The position numbers and the translations under genes are program-made. 55,700 nucleotides of DNA from Patescibacteria group bacterium (GTDB taxonomy: Bacteria; Patescibacteriota; Minisyncoccia; 2-02-FULL-40-12; IGHO2-01-FULL-4-A): positions 1 through 55,700 of the forward strand of contig JBBTSB010000002.1 in NCBI GenBank assembly GCA_038064915.1, read 5' to 3'. Numbering within the stretch: position 1 is the stretch's first letter; each line of letters opens with the position of its first letter. The notes under the pieces were generated by a model that was not told where the DNA came from, ran no database searches, and saw only the letters and a program-made list of their open reading frames with translations. Positions 1 to 8,090 of this stretch are shown here, piece after piece.

Positions 1-2
1 TT

Positions 3-338
3 GAACGCGGGAGAAACAATTGGGTCGAACCCTTGCGGAATTGGATTTTAGATACGAAACAAGCCGATTTTTTGTCTCATTCTGACAATCTCTACGAGAT
101 TAAAGCGTTTGTGCAAAAAATCGGAACGAACCCTGTGGTTCGTGACAAGTCCGCCCGCTTCGCCGTACCCTCCCCGTTCGGATTCACGGCCAGCCATCGA
201 GCCCGATTGCATCCGTTCGGATCCGTCACGCGCGCGCCCGATTCGCTTTCGGATTCCGAAGTTTCGATTTGCGGAGAGGGTGGGATTCGAACCCACGACG
301 GGCTTGCGCCCGGACGGTTTTCGAAACCGTTGGAATGA
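3..338 (+). CDS. 3' fragment of a gene entering from the left edge; probable C-terminal tail of a site-specific (serine) recombinase family protein, reading antisense into tRNA-Ser(CGA)
   Basis: Frame is open from nt 3 (ERGRNNWVEPLRNWILDTKQADFL...VQKIGTNP) to TGA at 336-338. The tail resembles tRNA-adjacent CPR recombinases from memory only; the catalytic domain is outside the window. Confidence 0.5.
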   Translation, partial: ERGRNNWVEPLRNWILDTKQADFLSHSDNLYEIKAFVQKIGTNPVVRDKSARFAVPSPFGFTASHRARLHPFGSVTRAPDSLSDSEVSICGEGGIRTHDGLAPGRFSKPLE

Positions 339-357
339 ACCACTATCCGACCTCTCC
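272..357 (-). tRNA. tRNA-Ser(CGA)
   Basis: GGAGAGG/CCTCTCC acceptor stem, anticodon arm ACGGT-TT-CGA-AA-ACCGT, long variable arm, GGTTCGAATCC T-arm, discriminator G; no encoded CCA. Confidence 0.96.
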
Positions 358-366
358 AGTATACCG

Positions 367-438
367 TATCCCCGAGAGGATTTGAACCTCTGACCTCTTC
401 CTTCGGAGGGAAGCGCTCTTCCGCTGAGCTACGAGGAC
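367..438 (-). tRNA. tRNA-Arg(CCG)
   Basis: GTCCTCG...CGGGGAT acceptor, anticodon arm CTTCC-CT-CCG-AA-GGAAG, GGTTCAAATCC T-arm. Confidence 0.94.
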
Positions 439-449
439 CTAGTGCTTGC

Positions 450-473
450 ACTGCGAAGCCTTGGCGAAGCAGT
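450..473 (-). repeat. Short palindromic element (ACTGCTTCGCCAAGGCTTCGCAGT) in the tRNA-Leu/tRNA-Arg spacer
   Basis: ACTGC/GCAGT terminal inverted repeat; core CTTCGCYAARGCTTCG is shared with 45615-45630 inside pyrF. Confidence 0.65.
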
Positions 474-556
474 GCTCGGAGTGGGATTTGAACCCACAAT
501 CCCTTGCGGGAGCGACATTTTAAGTGTCGTGCGTATGCCAGTTCCGCCATCCGAGC
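473..556 (-). tRNA. tRNA-Leu(TAA)
   Basis: GCTCGGA/TCCGAGC acceptor, anticodon arm CGACA-CT-TAA-AA-TGTCG, long variable arm, discriminator A. Confidence 0.95.
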
Positions 557-562
557 ATTTTG

Positions 563-635
563 AGGTGGCAGCGGGAATCGAACCCGCGCAATCGCGGTTT
601 TGCAGACCGCAGCGTTTCCACTTCGCCATGCCACC
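563..635 (-). tRNA. tRNA-Cys(GCA)
   Basis: GGTGGCA/TGCCACC acceptor, anticodon arm GCGGT-CT-GCA-AA-ACCGC, discriminator U. Confidence 0.95.
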
Positions 636-646
636 GACATCTTACT

Positions 647-970
647 TTACTCAGTTTCTAAGAGTTTTTCAATCCTCGCCGCTCGTTCTTCCGTCGAGTC
701 AATTTCAAACCGAATTTTCGGCACCGGACGCATGACGAGGGATTTGTTTACCATCTGCTGGAGATCGTAGATGCGATGATGGAGTTCTTTGAGAACCACA
801 TCGCTGCGTTCCGGAGGAAGCACGGAAATTTTGACAAGCGCATGTTCTCCGGTAGGCGAAACTTCTGCGCCCATTACCGTGACCAGGGGTGTGCCCTCGA
901 CGTCGAGTTCTTCTTCAACAATCTTTGCGACAACATCACGCAACAGATCGTTTAATTTTTTGTTCCTCAT
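647..970 (-). CDS. rbfA: Ribosome-binding factor A
   Basis: 107 aa KH-like protein with VTV..AEVSP..EHA.VKISV and MRPVPKIRFEID motifs, directly downstream of infB. Confidence 0.9.
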   Translation of the reverse strand: MRNKKLNDLLRDVVAKIVEEELDVEGTPLVTVMGAEVSPTGEHALVKISVLPPERSDVVLKELHHRIYDLQQMVNKSLVMRPVPKIRFEIDSTEERAARIEKLLETE

Positions 971-2435
971 AAATTTCTAGAACATCTCCCTCTTTAATCA
1001 ATAATGGTATGCCGAGTTCGGAGGGATTTACATCAATGCGTAATCCACATTCTAGGCCTTCGGCAACCTCCGACACGTCTGCTTTTTTTTGCTGGAGCTG
1101 GACGATTTTGCCGGTAGCAAAAAGCTTCGTTCCGCGCATGACGGTCACAAGCGCTCCACGCACTGCTTTGCCAGAAGTAACTTTGCCACCAACAATCTGC
1201 GTCTTTCCTTGCGTACCAAAGAGTGCGAGAATTTTTAATTTACCAAGGTCATTGCGCTTGATTTCGGGATCAAGCAAGTCAGACATGATGTCGCGAACGA
1301 GCTCAACGAGCTTGTAAATGATATCAAAAGTCTCCACGCGAACTTGCTCGCGTTCCGCCGCGCGCTTGGCCGAACTCTCGGTATCCACGTGAAAACCTAT
1401 TACTGCCGCGTGGGTGGCACTAGCAGACTTGATGTCGTTGTCGTTGATTTTGCCTACCCCAAATCCCACGACTTTGTAATCTACTTCTTCAGACTTGATG
1501 GTGCGAAGCACCTGATCAATTGCCTCCAGTGAACTTTGCACATCAGCTTTGATGATGAGATTCGCCGTGCGCTTGTCCGGCATGTTTTCGTGGGCGAAGA
1601 GTGCAACCGGCGCAAGCGCCGTGTTGACCTGAGCTTGTCGAAGGCCCTCATCACGACTCGCAACTTGGAACGTCGCTCCCAGTGGGGGAACACTCTCCCA
1701 GCCAAGAACCACACAGGGCTGTGACGGCCCGACTGATTTGGTCACTTTCCCCAAAAAATCTTCGAGTGATTTTACTTTTGCGATCGCCGTACCAGCCACC
1801 AGAGTATCGCCGATGTTCAGTGTTCCGGATTGTACGAGTAGCGTGGCTACAGTACCGCGCTTGCTATCCATGTGCGACTCCAGCACATAGCCATGTGCTG
1901 GTCCGGTCGCATGACCGGACAACTCTTCAAGTTCTGCCACCAATAGAATAGTCTCCAATAAGTGGTCGACACCTTGGCCAGTCTGACCGGAAATTTCCAC
2001 GACCGGCACCTGGCCACCGTAGTCTTCTACCATGACTTCCGCTTCGGCAAGCTCCTGGCGCACGCGCTGCGGATTGGCTCCATCTTTATCAATTTTATTA
2101 ATCGCCACGATAAAGGGCGTTTCTGATTCCTTGATAATCTTGATTGCTTCCTTGGTTTGCGGCTTGAGTCCCTCTTCGGCGGCGATCACGAGAATCGCAA
2201 TGTCCGCCACTTTTGCCCCTCGAGAGCGAATCGCACTAAATGCCTCATGGCCAGGAGTATCCAAAAACGTTATTCGTTTATCGTTGATCGTCGCAACGTA
2301 CGCACCGATATGCTGTGTAATCCCACCAGCTTCTTTTGCGGCGACGCGCGACTTGCGCACAAAATCGAGCAAGGTTGTCTTGCCGTGGTCTACATGGCCA
2401 AGTATGACGACGATAGGCGGGCGAATAGTGTCCAT
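936..2435 (-). CDS. infB: Translation initiation factor IF-2 (short form, no N-terminal domain)
   Basis: [51 protein letters not shown]; start reassigned to ATG 2435 (499 aa). Confidence 0.97.
   Translation of the reverse strand: MDTIRPPIVVILGHVDHGKTTLLDFVRKSRVAAKEAGGITQHIGAYVATINDKRITFLDTPGHEAFSAIRSRGAKVADIAILVIAAEEGLKPQTKEAIKIIKESETPFIVAINKIDKDGANPQRVRQELAEAEVMVEDYGGQVPVVEISGQTGQGVDHLLETILLVAELEELSGHATGPAHGYVLESHMDSKRGTVATLLVQSGTLNIGDTLVAGTAIAKVKSLEDFLGKVTKSVGPSQPCVVLGWESVPPLGATFQVASRDEGLRQAQVNTALAPVALFAHENMPDKRTANLIIKADVQSSLEAIDQVLRTIKSEEVDYKVVGFGVGKINDNDIKSASATHAAVIGFHVDTESSAKRAAEREQVRVETFDIIYKLVELVRDIMSDLLDPEIKRNDLGKLKILALFGTQGKTQIVGGKVTSGKAVRGALVTVMRGTKLFATGKIVQLQQKKADVSEVAEGLECGLRIDVNPSELGIPLLIKEGDVLEIYEEQKIKRSVA
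1629..1643 (-). repeat. CTTCGACAAGCTCAG motif in frame in infB (encodes LRQAQ)
   Basis: Exact 15-mer seen. I recognise it from memory as a dispersed short repeat in environmental genomes; only one copy is in this window. Confidence 0.35.
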
Positions 2436-2446
2436 AAAGCTCAATA

Positions 2447-2475
2447 AGTCTACAATAAAATATGAAAAAAGTCTA
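2447..2475 (-). promoter_or_regulatory. Putative sigma70 promoter of infB (TAGACT-N17-TAGACT)
   Basis: Two TAGACT hexamers 17 nt apart; the -10 lies 11 nt upstream of the ATG. Confidence 0.55.
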
Positions 2476-2488
2476 CTAAAACGATACG

Positions 2489-2537
2489 CCCCCGACGATG
2501 TGAATCCAGGGTGACTGGAAGGCACGATCGTCGGGGG
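2489..2537 (-). terminator. GC-rich hairpin downstream of orphan 2550-3296
   Basis: Perfect 11-bp inverted repeat CCCCCGACGAT/ATCGTCGGGGG enclosing a second TCCAG/CTGGA stem; weak T-tract follows on the minus strand. Confidence 0.55.
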
Positions 2538-2549
2538 TGAAGAACGGTT

Positions 2550-3296
2550 CTAGTAGTTGTCCGACCTCTGCGGCCGGACTTGCGGGAGGCGCTTGGGCGA
2601 CCGCTCCGGAAGGAACGGGGGTGGAGTTGGAGTGGCGCGGAGACGACTGTCCCGCACCAAATCCTCGATCTTCCACTTGAGATTCCGCACCTCTCGCTGG
2701 ACGTCGCGAAGGGGGTCGGGCGTCGGGGTGGCGAAAGCACGGCGGGTGGGCTTCTTGGCCTTCGCCTTCGCCATGGCCGGCTTCGCAGGCACGGGCCCAG
2801 AGACGGTGGGCGTGGACTCCGGCGTGATGGCTGGGGCGGAAGCCACCCGGGCCGCCATCATCACCTGGGCCACCTGCTTTGCCCAGGGGCTCGTCGCGTA
2901 GTGGTAGCCCCGAAGGTTGGTCAGAACCGAGATCGCCCGCTGGCGCTTGGTTTCCAGCGATGCGTCCGCCTTCTCCGTCCAGTCCATGACCTCGCCAGCG
3001 AGTCTCGCGTACTCGACCTCCTCGAAGTTGTGGCTCATGTTCCATACATCCGAGGATTGCCCGAGATACCAGTTGAGCCGGTCCGCAATATTGCCAGCGA
3101 GGAGCTTTGCTTCAGGGGTTCCAAGACGGGCCTGCCACTGGTAGGCCTGCTCGAGCCGGGCGATATCCTCGTCGTCCTTCCAGTGTGAAGCGAGTTCGGG
3201 AAGCGCCGGCGGGACCGTGCTCTGATCCCGGAAGATGAGCAGCCCGAGGAGGAGGACGTTGATCGCGACGAGACCACCGATAAGCCACTTGGTCAT
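2550..3296 (-). CDS. Hypothetical membrane-anchored protein, GC-rich orphan
   Basis: 248 aa, N-terminal hydrophobic helix, Pro/Thr/Lys-rich linker, GGAGG SD 4 nt before ATG, own promoter. Confidence 0.75.
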   Translation of the reverse strand: MTKWLIGGLVAINVLLLGLLIFRDQSTVPPALPELASHWKDDEDIARLEQAYQWQARLGTPEAKLLAGNIADRLNWYLGQSSDVWNMSHNFEEVEYARLAGEVMDWTEKADASLETKRQRAISVLTNLRGYHYATSPWAKQVAQVMMAARVASAPAITPESTPTVSGPVPAKPAMAKAKAKKPTRRAFATPTPDPLRDVQREVRNLKWKIEDLVRDSRLRATPTPPPFLPERSPKRLPQVRPQRSDNY

Positions 3297-3371
3297 AACA
3301 CCTCCGAAAAGAGAAAAACGGAAACTGTCGTGGGGGCGGGATTGCCTTCCACGTGAATCTAAACCTGCTAT

Positions 3372-3399
3372 ATTATAACAGAAAATAAAGTATTGTCAA
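3372..3399 (-). promoter_or_regulatory. Consensus sigma70 promoter TTGACA-N16-TATAAT with extended -10 (TGn)
   Basis: Perfect -35 and -10 hexamers on the minus strand upstream of orphan 2550-3296. Confidence 0.75.
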
Positions 3400-3442
3400 A
3401 TGCCACGTAGACTTTTTCGAGATTTTGCGGTACGGTATACAG

Positions 3443-4828
3443 ATGCCAAAGCGTTTTACCATCGTCAACGCCATACCGTACGTCAACGCCAACGCTCACA
3501 TTGGTTTTGCTTTAGAATTGATTTTGTCTGATACTCTAGCGCGATATCATCGCCTGCAGGGTGAAGAAGTGCGATACACCACCGGCACCGATGAAAATTC
3601 CCTCAAAAATGTCCAAGCCGCAGAAAAGGCTGGCAAGCCGGTAGCGGATTTTGTAGCCGAGCATGCGGAGGTATTCAGGAAATTAAATACAACACTCAAT
3701 ATTTCCGCTGATGAGTTTATTCGTACTACCGAAGAGCGCCACATCATCGGCGTTCACAAAATCTGGAAGGCCTGTGATGCTACTGGGGATATTTACAAAA
3801 AGAAATACCAGGGACTCTACTGTGTGGGCTGTGAGGTGTTTTATACACAAAAAGATTTAGTCGATGGCCTCTGCCCGGAACACAAAACTAAACCCGAGCT
3901 TATCGAAGAAGAAAACTATTTTTTCAGACTCTCTAACTATCAAGATTGGTTGTTGCAAATTATTGAATCTGATGAGCTCAAAATCACACCAAGCTCACGC
4001 AAAAGCGAACTGACCGAATTTATAAAATCCGGTCTTGAGGATTTCAGTATCTCCCGGTCGAATGACCGGGCAAAAAATTGGGGAATTACGGTGCCTGGCG
4101 ATGACGAGCAAAAAATTTACGTCTGGTTTGATGCGCTGACAAATTATGTAAATGCAGTAGGGGTTGTGTGGTGGAATGATAGTTATCGCGCACACATGAT
4201 TGGAAAGGGCATTAGCAGGTTTCATGCGATCTACTGGCCCGCGATACTCAAATCCGCCGGACTTGCGACTCCCAACGAAATCTTTATTCACGGCTACGTG
4301 ACGGTAGACGGCGAGAAAATTTCAAAGTCGCTGGGCAATGTCGTGGACCCCTTTGAAGTGGTAGAAAAATATGGCGTTGATGCAGTGCGGTATTTTTTAC
4401 TTCGCGAAATCCCTTCGACAGGGGATGGAGATTTTTCCATTGCCAAACTCGAAGCTCGCTACAACGGCGATCTAGCAAATAACTTGGGAAATCTGGTAAG
4501 CCGCGTGGGAAAACTTTCAGAAAAACTCATATCGAAGGAAATTGATCCGGCCATTACGAAACAACTTGAAACGACCACTACCAAATATCACGAAGCTATC
4601 AAGACCTTTAAACTCCATGAAGCACTAGCGCATCTTTGGGAACTCTATACGTTTGCGAATGTGTACATGAATGAGAAGGCACCGTGGAAAACAGGTGATG
4701 CCCAGGCAGTTGCCAGTATTTCCCATCTTCTCCAGGAAAGCACCGCGCTCCTTGAACCCTTCCTTCCGGAAACCGCCCAAAAGATCCGAAGCAATACTCC
4801 GGGACCTCTCTTTCCCAAACTTCTCTAA
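3443..4828 (+). CDS. metG: Methionyl-tRNA synthetase (short form)
   Basis: AIPYVNANAHIGF (HIGH), TGTDENSLK, CVGCE..CPEH knuckle, IYVWFDALTNY, KISKSLGN (KMSKS); 461 aa. Confidence 0.97.
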   Translation: MPKRFTIVNAIPYVNANAHIGFALELILSDTLARYHRLQGEEVRYTTGTDENSLKNVQAAEKAGKPVADFVAEHAEVFRKLNTTLNISADEFIRTTEERHIIGVHKIWKACDATGDIYKKKYQGLYCVGCEVFYTQKDLVDGLCPEHKTKPELIEEENYFFRLSNYQDWLLQIIESDELKITPSSRKSELTEFIKSGLEDFSISRSNDRAKNWGITVPGDDEQKIYVWFDALTNYVNAVGVVWWNDSYRAHMIGKGISRFHAIYWPAILKSAGLATPNEIFIHGYVTVDGEKISKSLGNVVDPFEVVEKYGVDAVRYFLLREIPSTGDGDFSIAKLEARYNGDLANNLGNLVSRVGKLSEKLISKEIDPAITKQLETTTTKYHEAIKTFKLHEALAHLWELYTFANVYMNEKAPWKTGDAQAVASISHLLQESTALLEPFLPETAQKIRSNTPGPLFPKLL

Positions 4829-5748
4829 TGGAACCCAACAGCACACTGTTTGCCATATTTTGTATCGTCGTGGTTGGATTTTTGGTCGCTGATCTGGGCT
4901 ACTTCAACCGCAAGGCCCACAAGATATCGCTCTCCTCGGCCGTCATACAAACGGTTTTTTGGATCGCCGTATCACTTATCTTTGCCGCGCTGATCTTTTT
5001 TTGGATCGACCAGAAAACTGCCACGGAATTCCTTACCGCCTACGTCACCGAAAAAATGCTTTCCGTCGACAATCTGTTTGTCATCCTCCTGATTTTCAAC
5101 TTTTTCCGCATATCGGAACGCTACTACCACCGGGTTCTTTTTTGGGGCATCATGGGAGCCATTGTTTTTCGTGGCATATTCATAGGAGCCGGCGCGATTC
5201 TCGTAAGCAACTTCCACTGGATCCTCTACATCTTCGGGGCGATCCTCATCTACACGGGAATCAAATTGCTTTTTGACAAAAAAGAGGAACATGCGGATTT
5301 TAGCGATCATGGCGTCCTGCGGTTTGCAAAAAAGTTTTTTTCTTTCACTACCGACGACCACGGAGGAAAGTTTTTTGTCCGTAAACAAGGAAAGATTCAC
5401 GCCACCTTACTGTTCATGGTCATTTTGCTTGTCGAGGCGACGGACATCGTATTTGCTGTGGACTCCATACCGGCTGCGTTTGCAATCTCGCAGGATCCGT
5501 TTGTCGTTTTTACCTCAAATATTTTTGCTATCATGGGATTGCGGGCACTGTTTTTTGTCATCGAAAAAGTCGTCCACCGCTTCCACCACTTACAAAAGGG
5601 TTTGTCGTTTATCTTGGTGTTCATTGGGGTCAAGATGCTCGCGGGAATATTTGATATCCACCTTTCTTCGATGATTTCGTTTGCCATCATCATGTCCGCT
5701 TTAGCCATCTCGCTTATTATGTCTATTCTATTACCGAAAAAAATATAA
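4828..5748 (+). CDS. TerC/Alx family membrane protein
   Basis: EKMLSVDNLFV, RVLFWGIMGAIVFR, DIVFAVDSIPAAFAI, FTSNIFAIMGLRALFF. Confidence 0.92.
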   Translation: MEPNSTLFAIFCIVVVGFLVADLGYFNRKAHKISLSSAVIQTVFWIAVSLIFAALIFFWIDQKTATEFLTAYVTEKMLSVDNLFVILLIFNFFRISERYYHRVLFWGIMGAIVFRGIFIGAGAILVSNFHWILYIFGAILIYTGIKLLFDKKEEHADFSDHGVLRFAKKFFSFTTDDHGGKFFVRKQGKIHATLLFMVILLVEATDIVFAVDSIPAAFAISQDPFVVFTSNIFAIMGLRALFFVIEKVVHRFHHLQKGLSFILVFIGVKMLAGIFDIHLSSMISFAIIMSALAISLIMSILLPKKI

Positions 5749-5749
5749 C

Positions 5750-6556
5750 ATGCAATTTATCGACATCCATTCACACGTCCAGTTCGTAGCGTACGAAGCT
5801 GACCGCGACGCGGTAATACTGCGTGCAAAAGAGGGGAACACCAAGATGATCAACGTCGGCACGCAAAAAGATACCTCAAAAGCTGCCGTGGAGCTCGCGC
5901 ACCAATATCCTGACATCGCATGGGCGACGATTGGGCTTCATCCCATACACACGAGCAAAAGCTTTCATGACAAAAAAGAGTTAGGCGATGAAGGCGAAGA
6001 TTTCACGTCACGTGGCGAAGTGTTTGATTATGATTATTACCTTGAATTAGGAAAAGATCCGAGAGTGGTAGGCATAGGGGAGTGCGGCTTGGATTACTAT
6101 CGACTAAATCACGAAACACGCAACATACAACATGAAACATTCAAAAAACATATAGAACTAGCACTGGAACTAGACAAGCCCCTAATGATCCATTGTCGTG
6201 ATGCATATGACGATTTGCTTGCAATGCTAGATTCGCGATCACGGGGAAACATTCATTTTTTTGCTGGAAGTTGGGATGTTGCCAGGCGTTTTCTCGATCT
6301 CGGCTTTACGCTTTCATTTACCGGGGTAATCACCTTTGCCGATCAGTACGATGAAGTTGTAAAAAACACACCGCTTGATATGATTCTCACAGAAACGGAT
6401 TCGCCCTACATCACTCCAGCGCCCCTCCGAGGCAAGCGCAATGAACCGGTGAATGTACAATACGTCGTCGCTCGCATTGCGGAATTAAAAGGCCTGCCGG
6501 TCGAACAAGTCAGCGAGCAAATTATGCAAAACGCAAAACGAGTTTTTGGAATATGA
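5750..6556 (+). CDS. tatD: TatD family hydrolase/DNase
   Basis: DIHSH, GLHP, VGIGECGLDY, IHCRDA, ETDSPYITP..RGKRNEP. Confidence 0.93.
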   Translation: MQFIDIHSHVQFVAYEADRDAVILRAKEGNTKMINVGTQKDTSKAAVELAHQYPDIAWATIGLHPIHTSKSFHDKKELGDEGEDFTSRGEVFDYDYYLELGKDPRVVGIGECGLDYYRLNHETRNIQHETFKKHIELALELDKPLMIHCRDAYDDLLAMLDSRSRGNIHFFAGSWDVARRFLDLGFTLSFTGVITFADQYDEVVKNTPLDMILTETDSPYITPAPLRGKRNEPVNVQYVVARIAELKGLPVEQVSEQIMQNAKRVFGI

Positions 6557-6900
6557 AAAAAATTCTGAAAATAATTCTTACCATATTCATAATAGCGCCA
6601 ATAAGTTGGGTTATCTATGTGCTTGCATTTCAAGGCTTTCCTGATAATTATGATTTTTATCGTGATTGCAAAAAGGTTAAAGAGGGCATGACAAAACAAG
6701 AGATACAGATAATCTTGCAAAAATATATCAATGATTCAGAATTTGAAATAGAAGAGAAAAAACCAATAATAAATTATGGAGGGAAAATTATCTACGAGGA
6801 AGAGTGGGAATTGAGTACAGAAGGATTTGCAGATCGGTTGTTCTGTGGAGGATTTTTCAATGATAACATCCTCGTGAAAAAAACAATGACTTTTGATTAA
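6553..6900 (+). CDS. Hypothetical protein with N-terminal TM/signal segment (AT-rich)
   Basis: 115 aa ORF overlapping the tatD stop (ATGA); hydrophobic N-terminus. Confidence 0.7.
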   Translation: MKKILKIILTIFIIAPISWVIYVLAFQGFPDNYDFYRDCKKVKEGMTKQEIQIILQKYINDSEFEIEEKKPIINYGGKIIYEEEWELSTEGFADRLFCGGFFNDNILVKKTMTFD

Positions 6901-6903
6901 CAA

Positions 6904-7431
6904 ATGAAAAAATATTCCCTTCGAAAAATTAAAAAAGAAGTCAATTATGCGTTTATAGACAGCCAGAATTTGAACCTAAGCATTAGAGAACTGGGGTGGC
7001 GGTTGGATTACAGACGATTTCGAATATATCTGAAAGAAAAATACGGCGTCAGCAAAGCGTATCTTTTCATAGGATATGTTGAAGGAAATCAGTGGCTCTA
7101 CACATCTCTTCAAGACGCTGGATTTATTTGCATCTTCAAGCCCACGTTGCAATACAAAGATGGCACCACAAAAGGAAACTGCGATGCTGAACTAGTATTG
7201 CACGCTATGATTGAGTATCCTATCTATAACCAAGCAGTAATTGTAACGGGGGATGGTGATTTTTACTGTCTCGTGGAACACTTGATTGGGCAAAAGAAGC
7301 TAAAGGCAATTCTGATACCAAACAGGTTCAAATTTTCGGCGCTTCTGAAGCTATCATTGGTACGACCCTTTTTGAGATATATGAATGATTTAAAGGAAAA
7401 ATTGGCCCATAAAAAAGAAAAGGCCCCATAA
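6904..7431 (+). CDS. NYN domain (LabA/DUF88, PIN-like) ribonuclease
   Basis: AFIDSQNL, KGNCDAELV, VTGDGDF: the acidic active-site motifs are intact. Confidence 0.88.
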   Translation: MKKYSLRKIKKEVNYAFIDSQNLNLSIRELGWRLDYRRFRIYLKEKYGVSKAYLFIGYVEGNQWLYTSLQDAGFICIFKPTLQYKDGTTKGNCDAELVLHAMIEYPIYNQAVIVTGDGDFYCLVEHLIGQKKLKAILIPNRFKFSALLKLSLVRPFLRYMNDLKEKLAHKKEKAP

Positions 7432-7469
7432 GGACGAAACCTTAAGGGGTGATCTTTTCCGTTGGTGAT
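7411..7469 (-). ncRNA. Predicted ~60-nt antisense small RNA overlapping the NYN 3' end
   Basis: Downstream of a near-consensus minus-strand promoter; hairpin GAAAAG..CCCC.TAAGG-TTTCGT-CCTTA.GGGG.CTTTTC followed by a T-tract. Prediction only. Confidence 0.5.
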
Positions 7470-7475
7470 GATGCT

Positions 7476-7503
7476 AGTATAGACGAATAATCGGTAAAGT
7501 CAA
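7476..7503 (-). promoter_or_regulatory. Antisense sigma70 promoter TTGACT-N16-TATACT
   Basis: 5/6 match at both -35 and -10; no plausible minus-strand gene lies downstream. Confidence 0.62.
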
Positions 7504-7509
7504 TACATT

Positions 7510-7818
7510 ATGGAAACAAGACATCTCAAAGCAGCAGTCATATTGACGGGGATTATCTCACTGGTGGCAATCGTGAGCGCTTTTTATACGCAGTGGAGAG
7601 CCGAGCAAACGTTGACGCCAAAGTGCAGTTACCTGGACCCCATCCTCGTTGACTTGCTTGCTTTTTCCGCTGGACTGTTTCTTGTCCTGGAAGGATTGTA
7701 TCGTATCATCGAGCATCAGGAAATCAAAACTACCAAAGATCGACTTTTTTTGGCAATCCGCATAGCATTCGGGTGTGCCATTATCACACTCCACGTGATG
7801 CAATTTATTCATAAATAA
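7510..7818 (+). CDS. Hypothetical small membrane protein (about 3 TM)
   Basis: 102 aa with three hydrophobic stretches. Confidence 0.7.
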   Translation: METRHLKAAVILTGIISLVAIVSAFYTQWRAEQTLTPKCSYLDPILVDLLAFSAGLFLVLEGLYRIIEHQEIKTTKDRLFLAIRIAFGCAIITLHVMQFIHK

Positions 7819-7830
7819 TCGAAGTATCAC

Positions 7831-8088
7831 ATGATTTCAGAAATCTTAGCATATGTAGGGACAGGGCTGGTCATTATTGCATACTTTCCGCAAATTTTTC
7901 ATTTGATTCGTGAAAAGCGCTCTGCCGGTATCAGTCTCAACGCCTATTATCTATGGGGCACGGCGACTATACTTTTTTTGATCCACGCGATAGTGATCAA
8001 CGACTGGCCCTTCATCATCGTTCAATGCGTAGCTCTCGTGCTAGATGCCATTATCATTTTTTACACGATAAAGTACCAAGACGCATAA
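7831..8088 (+). CDS. PQ-loop / SemiSWEET-like small transporter
   Basis: 85 aa, 3 TM, AYFPQIFHLIREKRSAGIS motif. Confidence 0.8.
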   Translation: MISEILAYVGTGLVIIAYFPQIFHLIREKRSAGISLNAYYLWGTATILFLIHAIVINDWPFIIVQCVALVLDAIIIFYTIKYQDA

Positions 8089-8090
8089 CG

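Noticed and set aside
92-735. ORFs 92-640, 429-629, 442-735, 109-393 and 48-296
   Set aside because: They are translations across the four tRNA genes and have no protein features.
2476-3188. Long alternative ORFs 2476-3045(-), 2580-3188(+) and 2557-2901(+)
   Set aside because: Shadow frames expected in GC-rich DNA; only 2550-3296 has an SD, promoter and sensible domain layout.
4800-4830. yybP-ykoY Mn riboswitch upstream of the TerC/Alx gene
   Set aside because: The start overlaps the metG stop (TAATG), leaving no leader.
7431-7472. GGACGAAAC suggested a hammerhead ribozyme
   Set aside because: No CUGANGA core in a compatible position on either strand (nearest is GGTGATGA); the segment is simply the hairpin loop.
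7953-8090. N-terminal extensions from the ORF track (leuS 7953, infB 2525, carA 38152, rnc 53332, rpsP 54029, pyrB 38585)
   Set aside because: They overlap upstream genes or promoters; homology motifs begin at the downstream starts used here.
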